The position numbers were made by a program, and so were the translations under genes. Shown one piece after another: positions 49,402 through 56,461 of a DNA stretch of 56,461 nt. A model generated the notes under the pieces. That model saw nothing but the letters and a program-made list of their open reading frames with translations. It was not told the origin of the DNA and searched no databases. Source of the DNA: Omnitrophica bacterium RIFCSPLOWO2_12_FULL_50_11 (GTDB lineage: Bacteria; Omnitrophota; Omnitrophia; Omnitrophales; Danuiimicrobiaceae); NCBI GenBank assembly GCA_001804315.1, contig MHFT01000054.1:28428-84888 (forward strand). The letters run 5' to 3'. Every line of letters begins with the position of its first letter. The first letter of the stretch is position 1.

Positions 49402-50771
49402 GACGCCACCGCCTTGCCGCTGCCTTGCCGTTCACAACGCTCCAGCACAATTTGATTGAGCTCCGCACGAATCGAAGGGACCTTAATCCGCTCTACGACT
49501 TCATTGGCAAAACCGTACGAGACGAGCTGCCGCGCTTTAGCCTCCGGCAGCCCCCGGCTTTTCAAATAAAAGACCGAGTCTTCATCGATTTGGCCCACCG
49601 CTGCACCGTGTGTGCATTTAACGTCGTCGGCAAAGATTTCAAGCTGCGGCTTGGTGTCCACCGTAGCATGTTCAGAGAGCAAGAGATTTTTATTCGTCTG
49701 ATGAGCATCCGTCTTCTGCGCGTCCTGATGAACCCATATTTTTCCACCAAACACGGTGGTCGATGCACCGTCCAAAATCCCTTTGTACAGCTGGCGGCTC
49801 GTTCCGTTTGGTTTCGGATGTTCAATGAGCGTATGATTGTCCACATGTTGGTCGTCAGAAGTCAGGTAGAGACCATTGAGATCGCACTGGGCGCCTTCTT
49901 CGGTAAGCTCGACCGTCAAATTATTTCTCACCAGTTTTCCGCCCAAGTCCACCGCCACGGATGAGAACACGCTATTTCGTCCTACTTCCACCTGAGTCGT
50001 AGAAATATGAAACGCTTTCCGGCCCTCCCTCTGAAGCCTCACGTAATCACACACAGCTCCATCGCCGAGCACCACTTCCGTTACCACATTGGTAAAATAA
50101 GGGTCATCCGAAAACGAAAAATAACTTTCAATCAGCGTCGCACGGCTCGACCGCCCGAACACGATTAAATTTCTCGGTTGTGACATGACGTTCCCGCGTT
50201 CGGAATCGGTCAGGAATACGAGCTCAATCGGCGTCTCAAACTCTTTTCCCTCAGCCATATAAATGAATGTGCCGTCTTGAATTAAAGCCGTATTGAGTGC
50301 GGCAAATCCGTTGCGGTCATAGCGGGCACATTGAGCCAGATATTGCTCCAACATTTTGGGCTTCGTCCGAATCGCGTCTTGGATCGTGCCAACGTGAAAA
50401 GCACCGGAAAGATCAGAAAGACGAGAAAATTCTTTTGAATACACGCCGTTGACAAAAACCAGCCGATGCCAGCGAAGAGGACAGGTGCTCAATTTTTCAA
50501 CTTCTTCTTTTTTAATCTTTGGCAATGCTTCGCGAGGCGCCGGTTCAAAATTTGCTTCTTGGATCGCACGGACATTCGTGTACTTCCACTGTTCCTCGCG
50601 CGTCGTTGGAAATCCCAACTCACGAAACCGTGCTAAGGCATCTTGACGCAGGGTCTGAACCCAGAACGGATCGCGCGAATCGATTTTTGCGAGAAACGAC
50701 TCGCAGACAGAAAGATAATGATTCCCTTTCGAGTCTCCCTTTCGTGTGATCGTCTCTTCCCTCGACGCCAT
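49398..50771 (-). CDS. sufD: Fe-S cluster assembly protein SufD
   Basis: A 457-aa beta-helix-type sequence ending ..KCTHGAAVGQIDEDSVFYLKSRGL, located between sufC and sufS. Confidence 0.9.
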   Translation of the reverse strand: MASREETITRKGDSKGNHYLSVCESFLAKIDSRDPFWVQTLRQDALARFRELGFPTTREEQWKYTNVRAIQEANFEPAPREALPKIKKEEVEKLSTCPLRWHRLVFVNGVYSKEFSRLSDLSGAFHVGTIQDAIRTKPKMLEQYLAQCARYDRNGFAALNTALIQDGTFIYMAEGKEFETPIELVFLTDSERGNVMSQPRNLIVFGRSSRATLIESYFSFSDDPYFTNVVTEVVLGDGAVCDYVRLQREGRKAFHISTTQVEVGRNSVFSSVAVDLGGKLVRNNLTVELTEEGAQCDLNGLYLTSDDQHVDNHTLIEHPKPNGTSRQLYKGILDGASTTVFGGKIWVHQDAQKTDAHQTNKNLLLSEHATVDTKPQLEIFADDVKCTHGAAVGQIDEDSVFYLKSRGLPEAKARQLVSYGFANEVVERIKVPSIRAELNQIVLERCERQGSGKAVAS

Positions 50772-50785
50772 CCCAAAAAACCTCC

Positions 50786-51553
50786 TTACGACTCCATCTC
50801 CCCGGCCGATGCCGGTTCCCGGACCCAGTCATAACCCTTTTCCTCAAGCCGGAATGCCAAATCTTTCCCGCCCGACTTCACAATCCGGCCTCCCACCAGG
50901 ACATGCACGAAATCGGGTGTAATGTAATTGAGGATGCGCTGATAATGAGTGACGATCAGAATGGAGCGTTCCGGCGCCCGGAGATGATTCACACCAGAAG
51001 CTACCGTTTTCAAGGCATCAATATCGAGACCGGAGTCGGTTTCATCCAGCACCGCCAGTTTTGGTTCCAGGACAAGCATCTGCAGGATTTCATTTCGTTT
51101 TTTCTCGCCGCCTGAAAATCCGGCATTCACTGCCCGATTGCCAAAAGCAGGATCCATGCCCACTAACTTCATTTTTTCCTTAAGGAGTTCAAGAAAATCG
51201 GCCGCATCCAATTCTTCTAAACTCCTGTTCGCGCGCCATTCATTCAACGCAGCCCTTAAAAAATAAGCATTTGTCACGCCTGGAATTTCAACCGGATATT
51301 GAAAAGCAAGAAATACCCCTTCGCGTGCACGTACTTCAGCTTCCATGTCGAGCAAGTTTTTTCCTTGATAGATAACTTGGCCCTGCGTCACCTCATAGTC
51401 CGGATGTCCTGCGACCGCTCGAGCGAGCGTACTTTTCCCTGACCCATTCGGCCCCATGATTGCGTGGACCTCGCCTTTAGAGATTTTGAGATCGATCCCT
51501 TTCAAGATTTCGTTTCCGTCAACGTTCACATGCAAATCACAAATTTCTAACAT
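50786..51553 (-). CDS. sufC: Fe-S cluster assembly ATPase SufC
   Basis: GPNGSGKSTL, FSGGEKKRNEILQ, LDETDSGLDIDAL. Confidence 0.96.
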   Translation of the reverse strand: MLEICDLHVNVDGNEILKGIDLKISKGEVHAIMGPNGSGKSTLARAVAGHPDYEVTQGQVIYQGKNLLDMEAEVRAREGVFLAFQYPVEIPGVTNAYFLRAALNEWRANRSLEELDAADFLELLKEKMKLVGMDPAFGNRAVNAGFSGGEKKRNEILQMLVLEPKLAVLDETDSGLDIDALKTVASGVNHLRAPERSILIVTHYQRILNYITPDFVHVLVGGRIVKSGGKDLAFRLEEKGYDWVREPASAGEMES

Positions 51554-51601
51554 CTTCGCTCATCTCTCTGCACTTGGTGCTGCCGCTATGCCCATTCATC
51601 C

Positions 51602-53038
51602 TTATCCGACGCTACCTTCCAAACTGACCCCGAGCAGTTTCGTTGCCTCCACGGCAAATTCCATCGGCAAGTTCTTGAACACTTCCTTGCAAAACCCATT
51701 CACGATCATCGAAACAGCGTTTTCGGCCGAGATGCCACGCTGTTTGCAATAAAAAAGCTGATCTTCACTGATTTTCGAAGTGGATGCCTCATGTTCGACG
51801 GAAGCCGTTTTGTTCTTCACCTCGATGTAGGGAAAGGTATTCGCACTGCACCGATCGCCAAGCAAAAGTGAATCGCACTGAGTGTAATTTTTTGCATGTG
51901 CCGCATTTGGCAATGCCCGTATCAAACCCCGGTAGGTGTTTCTTCCGTGAGCTGCAGCGATCCCCTTGGAAATCACAGTACTTCTTGTATTCTTTCCGAT
52001 ATGGATCATTTTGGTTCCGGTATCTGCTTGTTGATAATGATTCGTGAGTGCCACAGAATAAAACTCACCAATCGTATGATCGCCTTGTAAGATCACGCTT
52101 GGATACTTCCAAGTAATCGCAGAACCCGTTTCTACCTGAGTCCAAGAAATTTTCGAGTGGTCGCCAACACACTTTCCGCGCTTTGTAACGAAGTTGTAAA
52201 TTCCACCTTTGCCATTTTTGTCGCCCGCGTACCAGTTTTGAATCGTAGAATATTTAATTTGAGCACCTTTGAGTGCGATCAACTCAACCACAGCAGCGTG
52301 CAACTGGTTCTTGTCGCGAATCGGCGCCGTACATCCTTCGAGATAACTCACATAACTCCCCTCATCCGCAATAATCAAGGTGCGCTCGAACTGGCCGGTG
52401 TCCGCCGTATTGATCCGAAAATAGGTGGAAAGTTCGAGGGGACAGCGAACCCCTTTTGGAATGTAGCAGAAGGATCCGTCGCTAAAGACCGCTGAATTGA
52501 GCGTGGCGTAAAAATTATCCGCGTAGGGCACCACGGAGCCCAAATACTTCCGGACCAAATCTTGATGTTCCTCGACCGCCTCCGAAAAAGGACAGAAAAT
52601 CACGCCTGCTTTTGCCAAAGTTTCCTTAAATGTGGTGGCAACAGAAACGCTGTCGAATACCGCATCGACGGCAACGCCGGCAAGCCGTTTCTGTTCGTCC
52701 AGCGGAATCCCCAACTTTTCATAGGTCTTCAGGATTTCTTGGTCGACGTCCTCCAAATTTTTCGGGCCGTCCTTGGCGGGTTTCGGGGCGGAGTAGTAAA
52801 TGATATCTTGATAATCAATGGGCGGGTAGTGAACGTTCTGCCATCTCGGCTCTTCCATCTGGAGCCAACGGCGGTACGCATTCAGGCGCCGCTCCAGCAT
52901 AAACTTTGGTTCATTTTTCTTCTTGGAAATGAAGCGAATAATGTCCTCATTCAAGCCGCGCGGCGCGGTGTCCGCTTCCACGTCTGTGACGAATCCGTAT
53001 TTGTATTCCCGGTCAATGAATGCTCTCGCTTCTTTCAT
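51602..53038 (-). CDS. sufB: Fe-S cluster assembly scaffold SufB
   Basis: 478 aa. YGFVTDVE at the N-terminus, and the C-terminus ..[22 protein letters not shown].. is typical of SufB. Confidence 0.96.
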   Translation of the reverse strand: MKEARAFIDREYKYGFVTDVEADTAPRGLNEDIIRFISKKKNEPKFMLERRLNAYRRWLQMEEPRWQNVHYPPIDYQDIIYYSAPKPAKDGPKNLEDVDQEILKTYEKLGIPLDEQKRLAGVAVDAVFDSVSVATTFKETLAKAGVIFCPFSEAVEEHQDLVRKYLGSVVPYADNFYATLNSAVFSDGSFCYIPKGVRCPLELSTYFRINTADTGQFERTLIIADEGSYVSYLEGCTAPIRDKNQLHAAVVELIALKGAQIKYSTIQNWYAGDKNGKGGIYNFVTKRGKCVGDHSKISWTQVETGSAITWKYPSVILQGDHTIGEFYSVALTNHYQQADTGTKMIHIGKNTRSTVISKGIAAAHGRNTYRGLIRALPNAAHAKNYTQCDSLLLGDRCSANTFPYIEVKNKTASVEHEASTSKISEDQLFYCKQRGISAENAVSMIVNGFCKEVFKNLPMEFAVEATKLLGVSLEGSVG

Positions 53039-53052
53039 GTCCCGTCACCTCT

Positions 53053-53502
53053 TTAAGCCAGTAAATTTTTCCCCTGCCTCCCCGTACTTTTCGCCATCAT
53101 CTCGAGCGTCACAGAATCGTAAAATTGATCCAGGATCTCCTTCGTTCGATTCCAGATCGGACTCAAGCGACACAGATCAAAGTGGGTACAGACAATTTCG
53201 TTTCGGGTCTTGGGCAGACAAAACACCTCAAACGTCTGCCCCTCCAAAGCTTCAATGACATCCTTGAACGTAATCTGCGACGCAGGACGCGCCAAGAGGT
53301 AACCCCCTTGCTTGCCGTGATGAGACTTGACAATGTTAGCGGTGCGCAATCGGTTCAGAATCTTGGCCACATAGGCTTCCGAAAAGCGCTCCGCTTTCAC
53401 GATATCCGTAATCGTGACCAAACTCAGCGGGCTCGAGGCGCCATAGCGGGCCACATACATCAAACAGACGAGCCCATATTCGGTTTTTGTCGTAAACCTC
53501 AT
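53053..53502 (-). CDS. Rrf2-family transcriptional regulator (IscR/SufR-like), probable Fe-S sensor
   Basis: N-terminal wHTH (MRFTTKTEYGLVCLMYVA..) and three clustered Cys residues (FCLPKTRNEIVCTHFDLC). It is the first gene of the suf operon, with AAGGAG 8 nt upstream. Confidence 0.9.
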   Translation of the reverse strand: MRFTTKTEYGLVCLMYVARYGASSPLSLVTITDIVKAERFSEAYVAKILNRLRTANIVKSHHGKQGGYLLARPASQITFKDVIEALEGQTFEVFCLPKTRNEIVCTHFDLCRLSPIWNRTKEILDQFYDSVTLEMMAKSTGRQGKNLLA

Positions 53503-53533
53503 TGGTTCAACTCCTTAAGACAAGTCCACTGAA

Positions 53534-53562
53534 AGTATACTAAACTTGACTATTTTTGTCCA
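53534..53562 (-). promoter_or_regulatory. Sigma70-type promoter of the Rrf2-suf operon
   Basis: The minus strand reads TGGACA (53562-53557), 17 nt, TATACT (53539-53534). AGTC/GACT half-site-like sequences overlap it. Confidence 0.55.
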
Positions 53563-53723
53563 GTTTAAAAAATAACACTTAATAACAGCTTATTTTCAGG
53601 CCGTTCTCGGCAAGGTGTTTAAAGTGGGCCTACGTCAAGATAGGAGAAAATTGGGTGTGCGTCGACCGTAGACTGCAATCCAGGAACACAATACTTACTT
53701 CAGAAAATCGAGACGAATTAAGT

Positions 53724-53789
53724 GAGGGGTCGGGGTGTTTTCCCCACCCCTCATCCCGAGCGAAGCGAGGGATCTCATCAATGAGATCC
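53724..53789. repeat. Two adjacent hairpins plus an F4 repeat copy
   Basis: GAGGGGT..ACCCCTC (53724-53752), F4 unit TCATCCCGAGCGAAGCGAGGGATC (53751-53774), and GGATCTCAT-CA-ATGAGATCC (53770-53789). Confidence 0.75.
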
Positions 53790-53801
53790 TTTCGGCTGTT
53801 T

Positions 53802-53887
53802 CCGCCCCGCCACAAATCGCCGGCGGGTCGCCAACGCCTTGTGGCGACAGACAGAGCGGCGGACCCGCCGCGTTTTGTGGCGGGCGG
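53802..53887. repeat. Long imperfect F3 palindrome (CCGCCCCGCCACAAA...TTTTGTGGCGGGCGG)
   Basis: The outer arms 53802-53829 and 53861-53887 are near reverse complements (two indels, one mismatch). The central hairpin is GTCGCCA/TGGCGAC (53827-53848). Confidence 0.75.
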
Positions 53888-53898
53888 GCCTCAGGATG

Positions 53899-53963
53899 AT
53901 CCCACCACCTATTCTTGGCCCAGAGGGCCAATGCGCCTTCGGCGCATGAATAGGTGGTGGGAT
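53899..53963. repeat. Compact 65-nt three-helix element
   Basis: A 16-bp outer stem, ATCCCACCACCTATTC (53899-53914) with GAATAGGTGGTGGGAT (53948-53963), encloses TTGGCCC-AGA-GGGCCAA (53915-53931) and TGCGCC-TTC-GGCGCA (53932-53946) with almost no unpaired linker. Confidence 0.8.
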
Positions 53964-53987
53964 GAGCCGTCTCTATCTGAAAAAACG

Positions 53988-54288
53988 GGTTCACGCAAAA
54001 TTTGAGGCAACCTATAAGGGGAGTTTTGCAGCACTTTTTTTCTGAATCTTCCCCCCCCTCCGTGGGGGAGGATAAAGGTGGGGGGGGATGAATCTTAATG
54101 ACTCACCCCCCATCTTCATCTTCCCCCGTCCGCCACAAAACGCGGCGAGATTCGTCCACAAAGCGTTTTGGGACGGATTCCGCCAACGCGTTGTGGCGAA
54201 CAAGGGGGGGAAGAGATTTTGCTTGTGCGCCTCGTCCTGTGTAGGTCAACACTGAATGCGTAAAATTGCCTCAAATTTTGCGTGCACC
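53988..54288. mobile_element. MITE-like candidate: 301-bp segment bounded by 23-bp inverted repeats and flanked by a direct repeat
   Basis: GGTTCACGCAAAATTTGAGGCAA (53988-54010) versus TTGCCTCAAATTTTGCGTGCACC (54266-54288): 19 nt are perfect and 22 of 23 match overall. Flanking direct repeats are CTGAAAAAAC (53977-53986) and CTGAAAAAAAC (54288-54298). The interior has no credible ORF and is itself repeat-rich. Confidence 0.35.
54130..54198. repeat. F3-type units inside the MITE-like segment
   Basis: CCGCCACAAAACGCGGCG (54130-54147) and CGCCAACGCGTTGTGGCG (54181-54198) resemble the units at 18369-18427 and 53802-53887. Confidence 0.65.
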
Positions 54289-54957
54289 TGAAAAAAACTC
54301 CCCGACCCCTGACACGAAAAAAACGCCCCTTGGAGGATTCTCCGACTGCCTTAACTCATGCACCATGTCAATACCGTCCATGCGGCCTGGCATTCTAATA
54401 TCGGCAATCACGATATCCGCGTGAAAGTGCTGATTGACGACCAATGCTTCACTCGCCCGATTCGCCGTAGTCACAAGGAATCCTCTCTCGCGAAACACAT
54501 CTTTAAGGAAAAAGGTAATCTCGGGCTCGTCATCCACAATCAAAAGTCTGGCTTTCGCCGCTTCGCTGAACGACCGATCCGGCTCAGGTTTTTTCAGCGC
54601 GTCGTAAACCAGCTGCTCAAGTTCCTGTCGGTAAAACCTTTTTGGCAGATAACCGAAAATATTCATGTCGGGCGTGATTTGACTTCTAAATTCATCGTAA
54701 TAACCGGTAAGCAATATAATGGGGACATCTTTTTCCGTGGACCGGTATTTTTTGATGAACTCCACGCCGTTGGTGCCCGGCATTTTGAGGTCAAGAATGA
54801 TAAGATCCGGTTTCAACTCTTTAGCGATGTCGATAGCCCGCTTGGCATCCGTTGCTTCAACCATTTGAAATCCACAGTACCGCAGGGGTTCCCGGATCGC
54901 TGCGATCAGTTCCTTATTGTCGTCTATGACGAGAATAATTTCCTTAACCTGCGCCAT
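54271..54957 (-). CDS. Response regulator with two receiver domains and no output domain
   Basis: REC1 is ILVIDDNKE..PDLIILDLKMPGTNG..ILLTG. REC2 is LLIVDDEPE..ADIVIADIRMPGRMDG. Start set to ATG 54957. The last 5 codons and the stop lie inside the right inverted repeat at 54266-54288. Confidence 0.85.
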   Translation of the reverse strand: MAQVKEIILVIDDNKELIAAIREPLRYCGFQMVEATDAKRAIDIAKELKPDLIILDLKMPGTNGVEFIKKYRSTEKDVPIILLTGYYDEFRSQITPDMNIFGYLPKRFYRQELEQLVYDALKKPEPDRSFSEAAKARLLIVDDEPEITFFLKDVFRERGFLVTTANRASEALVVNQHFHADIVIADIRMPGRMDGIDMVHELRQSENPPRGVFFVSGVGEFFSGARKI

Positions 54958-55492
54958 GGTCTTCCACAGGACTCTTGCCTCGCAATTTTTCCTGATCCGC
55001 ATGGAGCATCGCCTGATGCGCCATTGCTTTTTCCTTGATTTTTTTCATATAGCTCCTGGCAAACGTGATGGCAGTCATAGCCTTTTCATATGACTCTTTG
55101 GTACACTTCTCCAGCGACTCAAGGACCGCCTCTTCAATTTCACCGCTCACAAAAGGCTTAATCAGGAATTTGTCTACCTGATAGGTTTCGATCGCCTCTT
55201 TCATGATCTGCTTGTCCTGGTAGGCCGTGATCACGATAAACCGCGGCGGTTTGCTCCACTTTTGCTTCGAGTGCGTATGAAATTCTTTCACGAGATCCAT
55301 GCCGGATTCACTGCCCAGCCTGACGTCAACGATCACGACGTCCGGGTTTTGTAACTTCACCATATTGAGCCCTTCATTGCCTGAGGTAGCCGTCAACAAA
55401 AGATAACCCGGCAAAATCGTGGTAAAGGTTTTTCCGAGTGCCCGCAAAATTTCAATGTCGTCGTCCACGATCAATATTTTCCGCTCGCTCAC
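54944..55492 (-). CDS. Single-domain response regulator (REC plus a short helical tail)
   Basis: ILIVDDDIEILRAL..PDVVIVDVRLGSESG..IVITAY..KFLIKPF. Confidence 0.85.
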   Translation of the reverse strand: MSERKILIVDDDIEILRALGKTFTTILPGYLLLTATSGNEGLNMVKLQNPDVVIVDVRLGSESGMDLVKEFHTHSKQKWSKPPRFIVITAYQDKQIMKEAIETYQVDKFLIKPFVSGEIEEAVLESLEKCTKESYEKAMTAITFARSYMKKIKEKAMAHQAMLHADQEKLRGKSPVEDHGAG

Positions 55493-56461
55493 GAGCTTCC
55501 ATCCCTGTGCACAATCGGCAAACGAATCACGAATGCGGCGCCTTGGCCCATTTCACTCTTCGCGTCAATCGTTCCTCCGAAATTTTCAATCATCACCTTG
55601 CTCTGATACAGACCTGCCCCCGTACCTTTTTCGCCTTTTGTTGTAAAACCATGCACAAAAAGTTTTCCGAGCACCTCCGGAGGAATTCCCTTACCGGTAT
55701 CGGCAAATTCGAGCCGGACAAAAGCCTTCGAGTCATCCAATTTCGCAGACACCGTAAATTGTCTCGTCAGCTGGTCATTCATGGCGAATGCCGCGTTTTT
55801 ATACAAATTCAAAACCACCTGGCGAAGCTGCGCAGCATTCCCATTGACCGGGGGAAGGTGCTTATCCACTTTGTCGATAATCTCGATCGGCCGAGCCTCA
55901 CGGGGTGTAGTTGCTTCAAGTAACGAACGGACCTCTCTAAACAAAGACTTAAAGTCAATCGGCCCGATCGTATCCTGATCCCCTTCGGCTGATTTTCTTA
56001 AGGTATCAATCACGAGAAAAATGTGGCTCACGTTTGTTTCGATCGCTTCCGCGACCTCGGACATTGCTAAAAAAGCCTCGTTAAACTCCTGGTGTGCCGA
56101 TTGATCAAGGGTTCCCTTAATCTTCTCGTACAGACTCAAGAACTTGACATAGACATCGTTTCGCAGACTCTCAGTGCGGAGCCGAATGGGCAGGAGGGGA
56201 TTTTGAATCTCATGAGAAATGTCCCTGACCAACTTTGCCACAAACTCAACCTTCTCTTGTTTGACCAACTCCTGCTGCATGGTTTCAATCGTGCGGGCGT
56301 GACGCTCGGCTTCATCGACGGAATGCATGAGGCTGGTTTGGGCATCATTTAACGCCTGGTTGATCCGGTTCAGTTCCTCGGCACGCTGGGTAGCTTCATC
56401 ATAGAGGCGGGCATTCTCAAAGGCAATGGAGGATTCCTGGCCAAGCGTGAAGAAGACATCC
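55489..56461 (-). CDS. Sensor histidine kinase; the N-terminal part (including a GAF-like domain end) runs off the right edge
   Basis: H-box SHEIQNPL, N-box LNLYKNAAFAM, G-boxes DTGKGIP and GTGAGL. The same frame stays open upstream of the track's ATG 56328 to the window end and reads ..IAFENARLYDEATQRAEELNRINQAL.., which is typical of a GAF C-terminus plus coiled-coil linker. Confidence 0.9.
   Translation of the reverse strand, partial: DVFFTLGQESSIAFENARLYDEATQRAEELNRINQALNDAQTSLMHSVDEAERHARTIETMQQELVKQEKVEFVAKLVRDISHEIQNPLLPIRLRTESLRNDVYVKFLSLYEKIKGTLDQSAHQEFNEAFLAMSEVAEAIETNVSHIFLVIDTLRKSAEGDQDTIGPIDFKSLFREVRSLLEATTPREARPIEIIDKVDKHLPPVNGNAAQLRQVVLNLYKNAAFAMNDQLTRQFTVSAKLDDSKAFVRLEFADTGKGIPPEVLGKLFVHGFTTKGEKGTGAGLYQSKVMIENFGGTIDAKSEMGQGAAFVIRLPIVHRDGSS

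Noticed and set aside
53899-53963. Hammerhead or other small self-cleaving ribozyme as an explanation for the three-helix element
   Set aside because: The junction has essentially no unpaired nucleotides, and the conserved CUGAUGA / GAAA core is absent.
53962-54045. 27-codon mini-ORF (MSRLYLKKRVHAKFEATYKGSFAALFF) directly preceded by GGTGGTGGG
   Set aside because: The start context is simply the 3-prime arm of the three-helix repeat, and the ORF runs through the inverted-repeat terminus. With no supporting evidence it is too short to call.
53630-54203. Four ORFs in the suf / response-regulator gap (53630-53815, 53655-54005, 53695-53994, 54012-54203)
   Set aside because: They overlap one another on both strands and are composed of translated palindromic repeats (Pro/Gly/Arg-rich). 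None has a ribosome-binding site.

Overview
This 56,461-bp window reads like core chromosome of an LPS-producing (diderm) bacterium. I cannot assign taxonomy from sequence alone, and all product calls rest on motif recognition by eye, with no database search. I call 55 protein-coding genes, 51 of them on the minus strand. In window order they are: a large secreted protein that runs off the left edge and is missing from the ORF track; uvrA; panD-panC-folK plus a class I aminotransferase; three hypothetical genes; recO-ybeY-phoH; aspS-hisS; rpsU; comF-like plus an lptF/G permease (plus strand); ahcY-metK; a sugar-nucleotide pair; ptsI-ptsH-yvcK-ptsN; an LPS/Kdo block (lptB, an lptC/lptA-like gene, lpxL-like, kdsD, kdsA, pyrG, kdsB, hldE kinase); a FIST plus DsrE-like pair (plus strand); a lipoprotein, a PilT-like ATPase and an AsmA-like protein; two 2-oxoacid:ferredoxin oxidoreductase pairs with CBS-domain genes; a complete Rrf2-sufBCDSUTA operon; and two response regulators plus a GAF histidine kinase that runs off the right edge. 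I saw no rRNA, tRNA, CRISPR array, transposase, integrase or phage gene, and no convincing multi-gene defence or biosynthetic island. The unusual content is mostly non-coding. At least six families of palindromic or REP-like repeats fill the larger intergenic regions and artificially lengthen several ORFs in the track. The items most worth follow-up are: (1) three tandem genes sharing an unrecognised ~40-aa C-terminal module (8818-10014); (2) a 17-bp long-range helix pairing the end of kdsA with the Shine-Dalgarno of kdsD (30493-30609); (3) nested CCCCCACCAC palindromic elements with compensatory changes between copies (16292-16461, 39942-39997); (4) a 301-bp inverted-repeat element with flanking direct repeats that supplies the stop codon of a response regulator (53977-54298); (5) a fourfold TGTAGCGG direct-repeat array upstream of an apparently leaderless FIST gene (35181-35276); and (6) a CBS - OFOR alpha/beta - zinc-ribbon-CBS unit (39997-43900). 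Start codons were adjusted by hand where the ORF track ran into repeat DNA, and they remain approximate.
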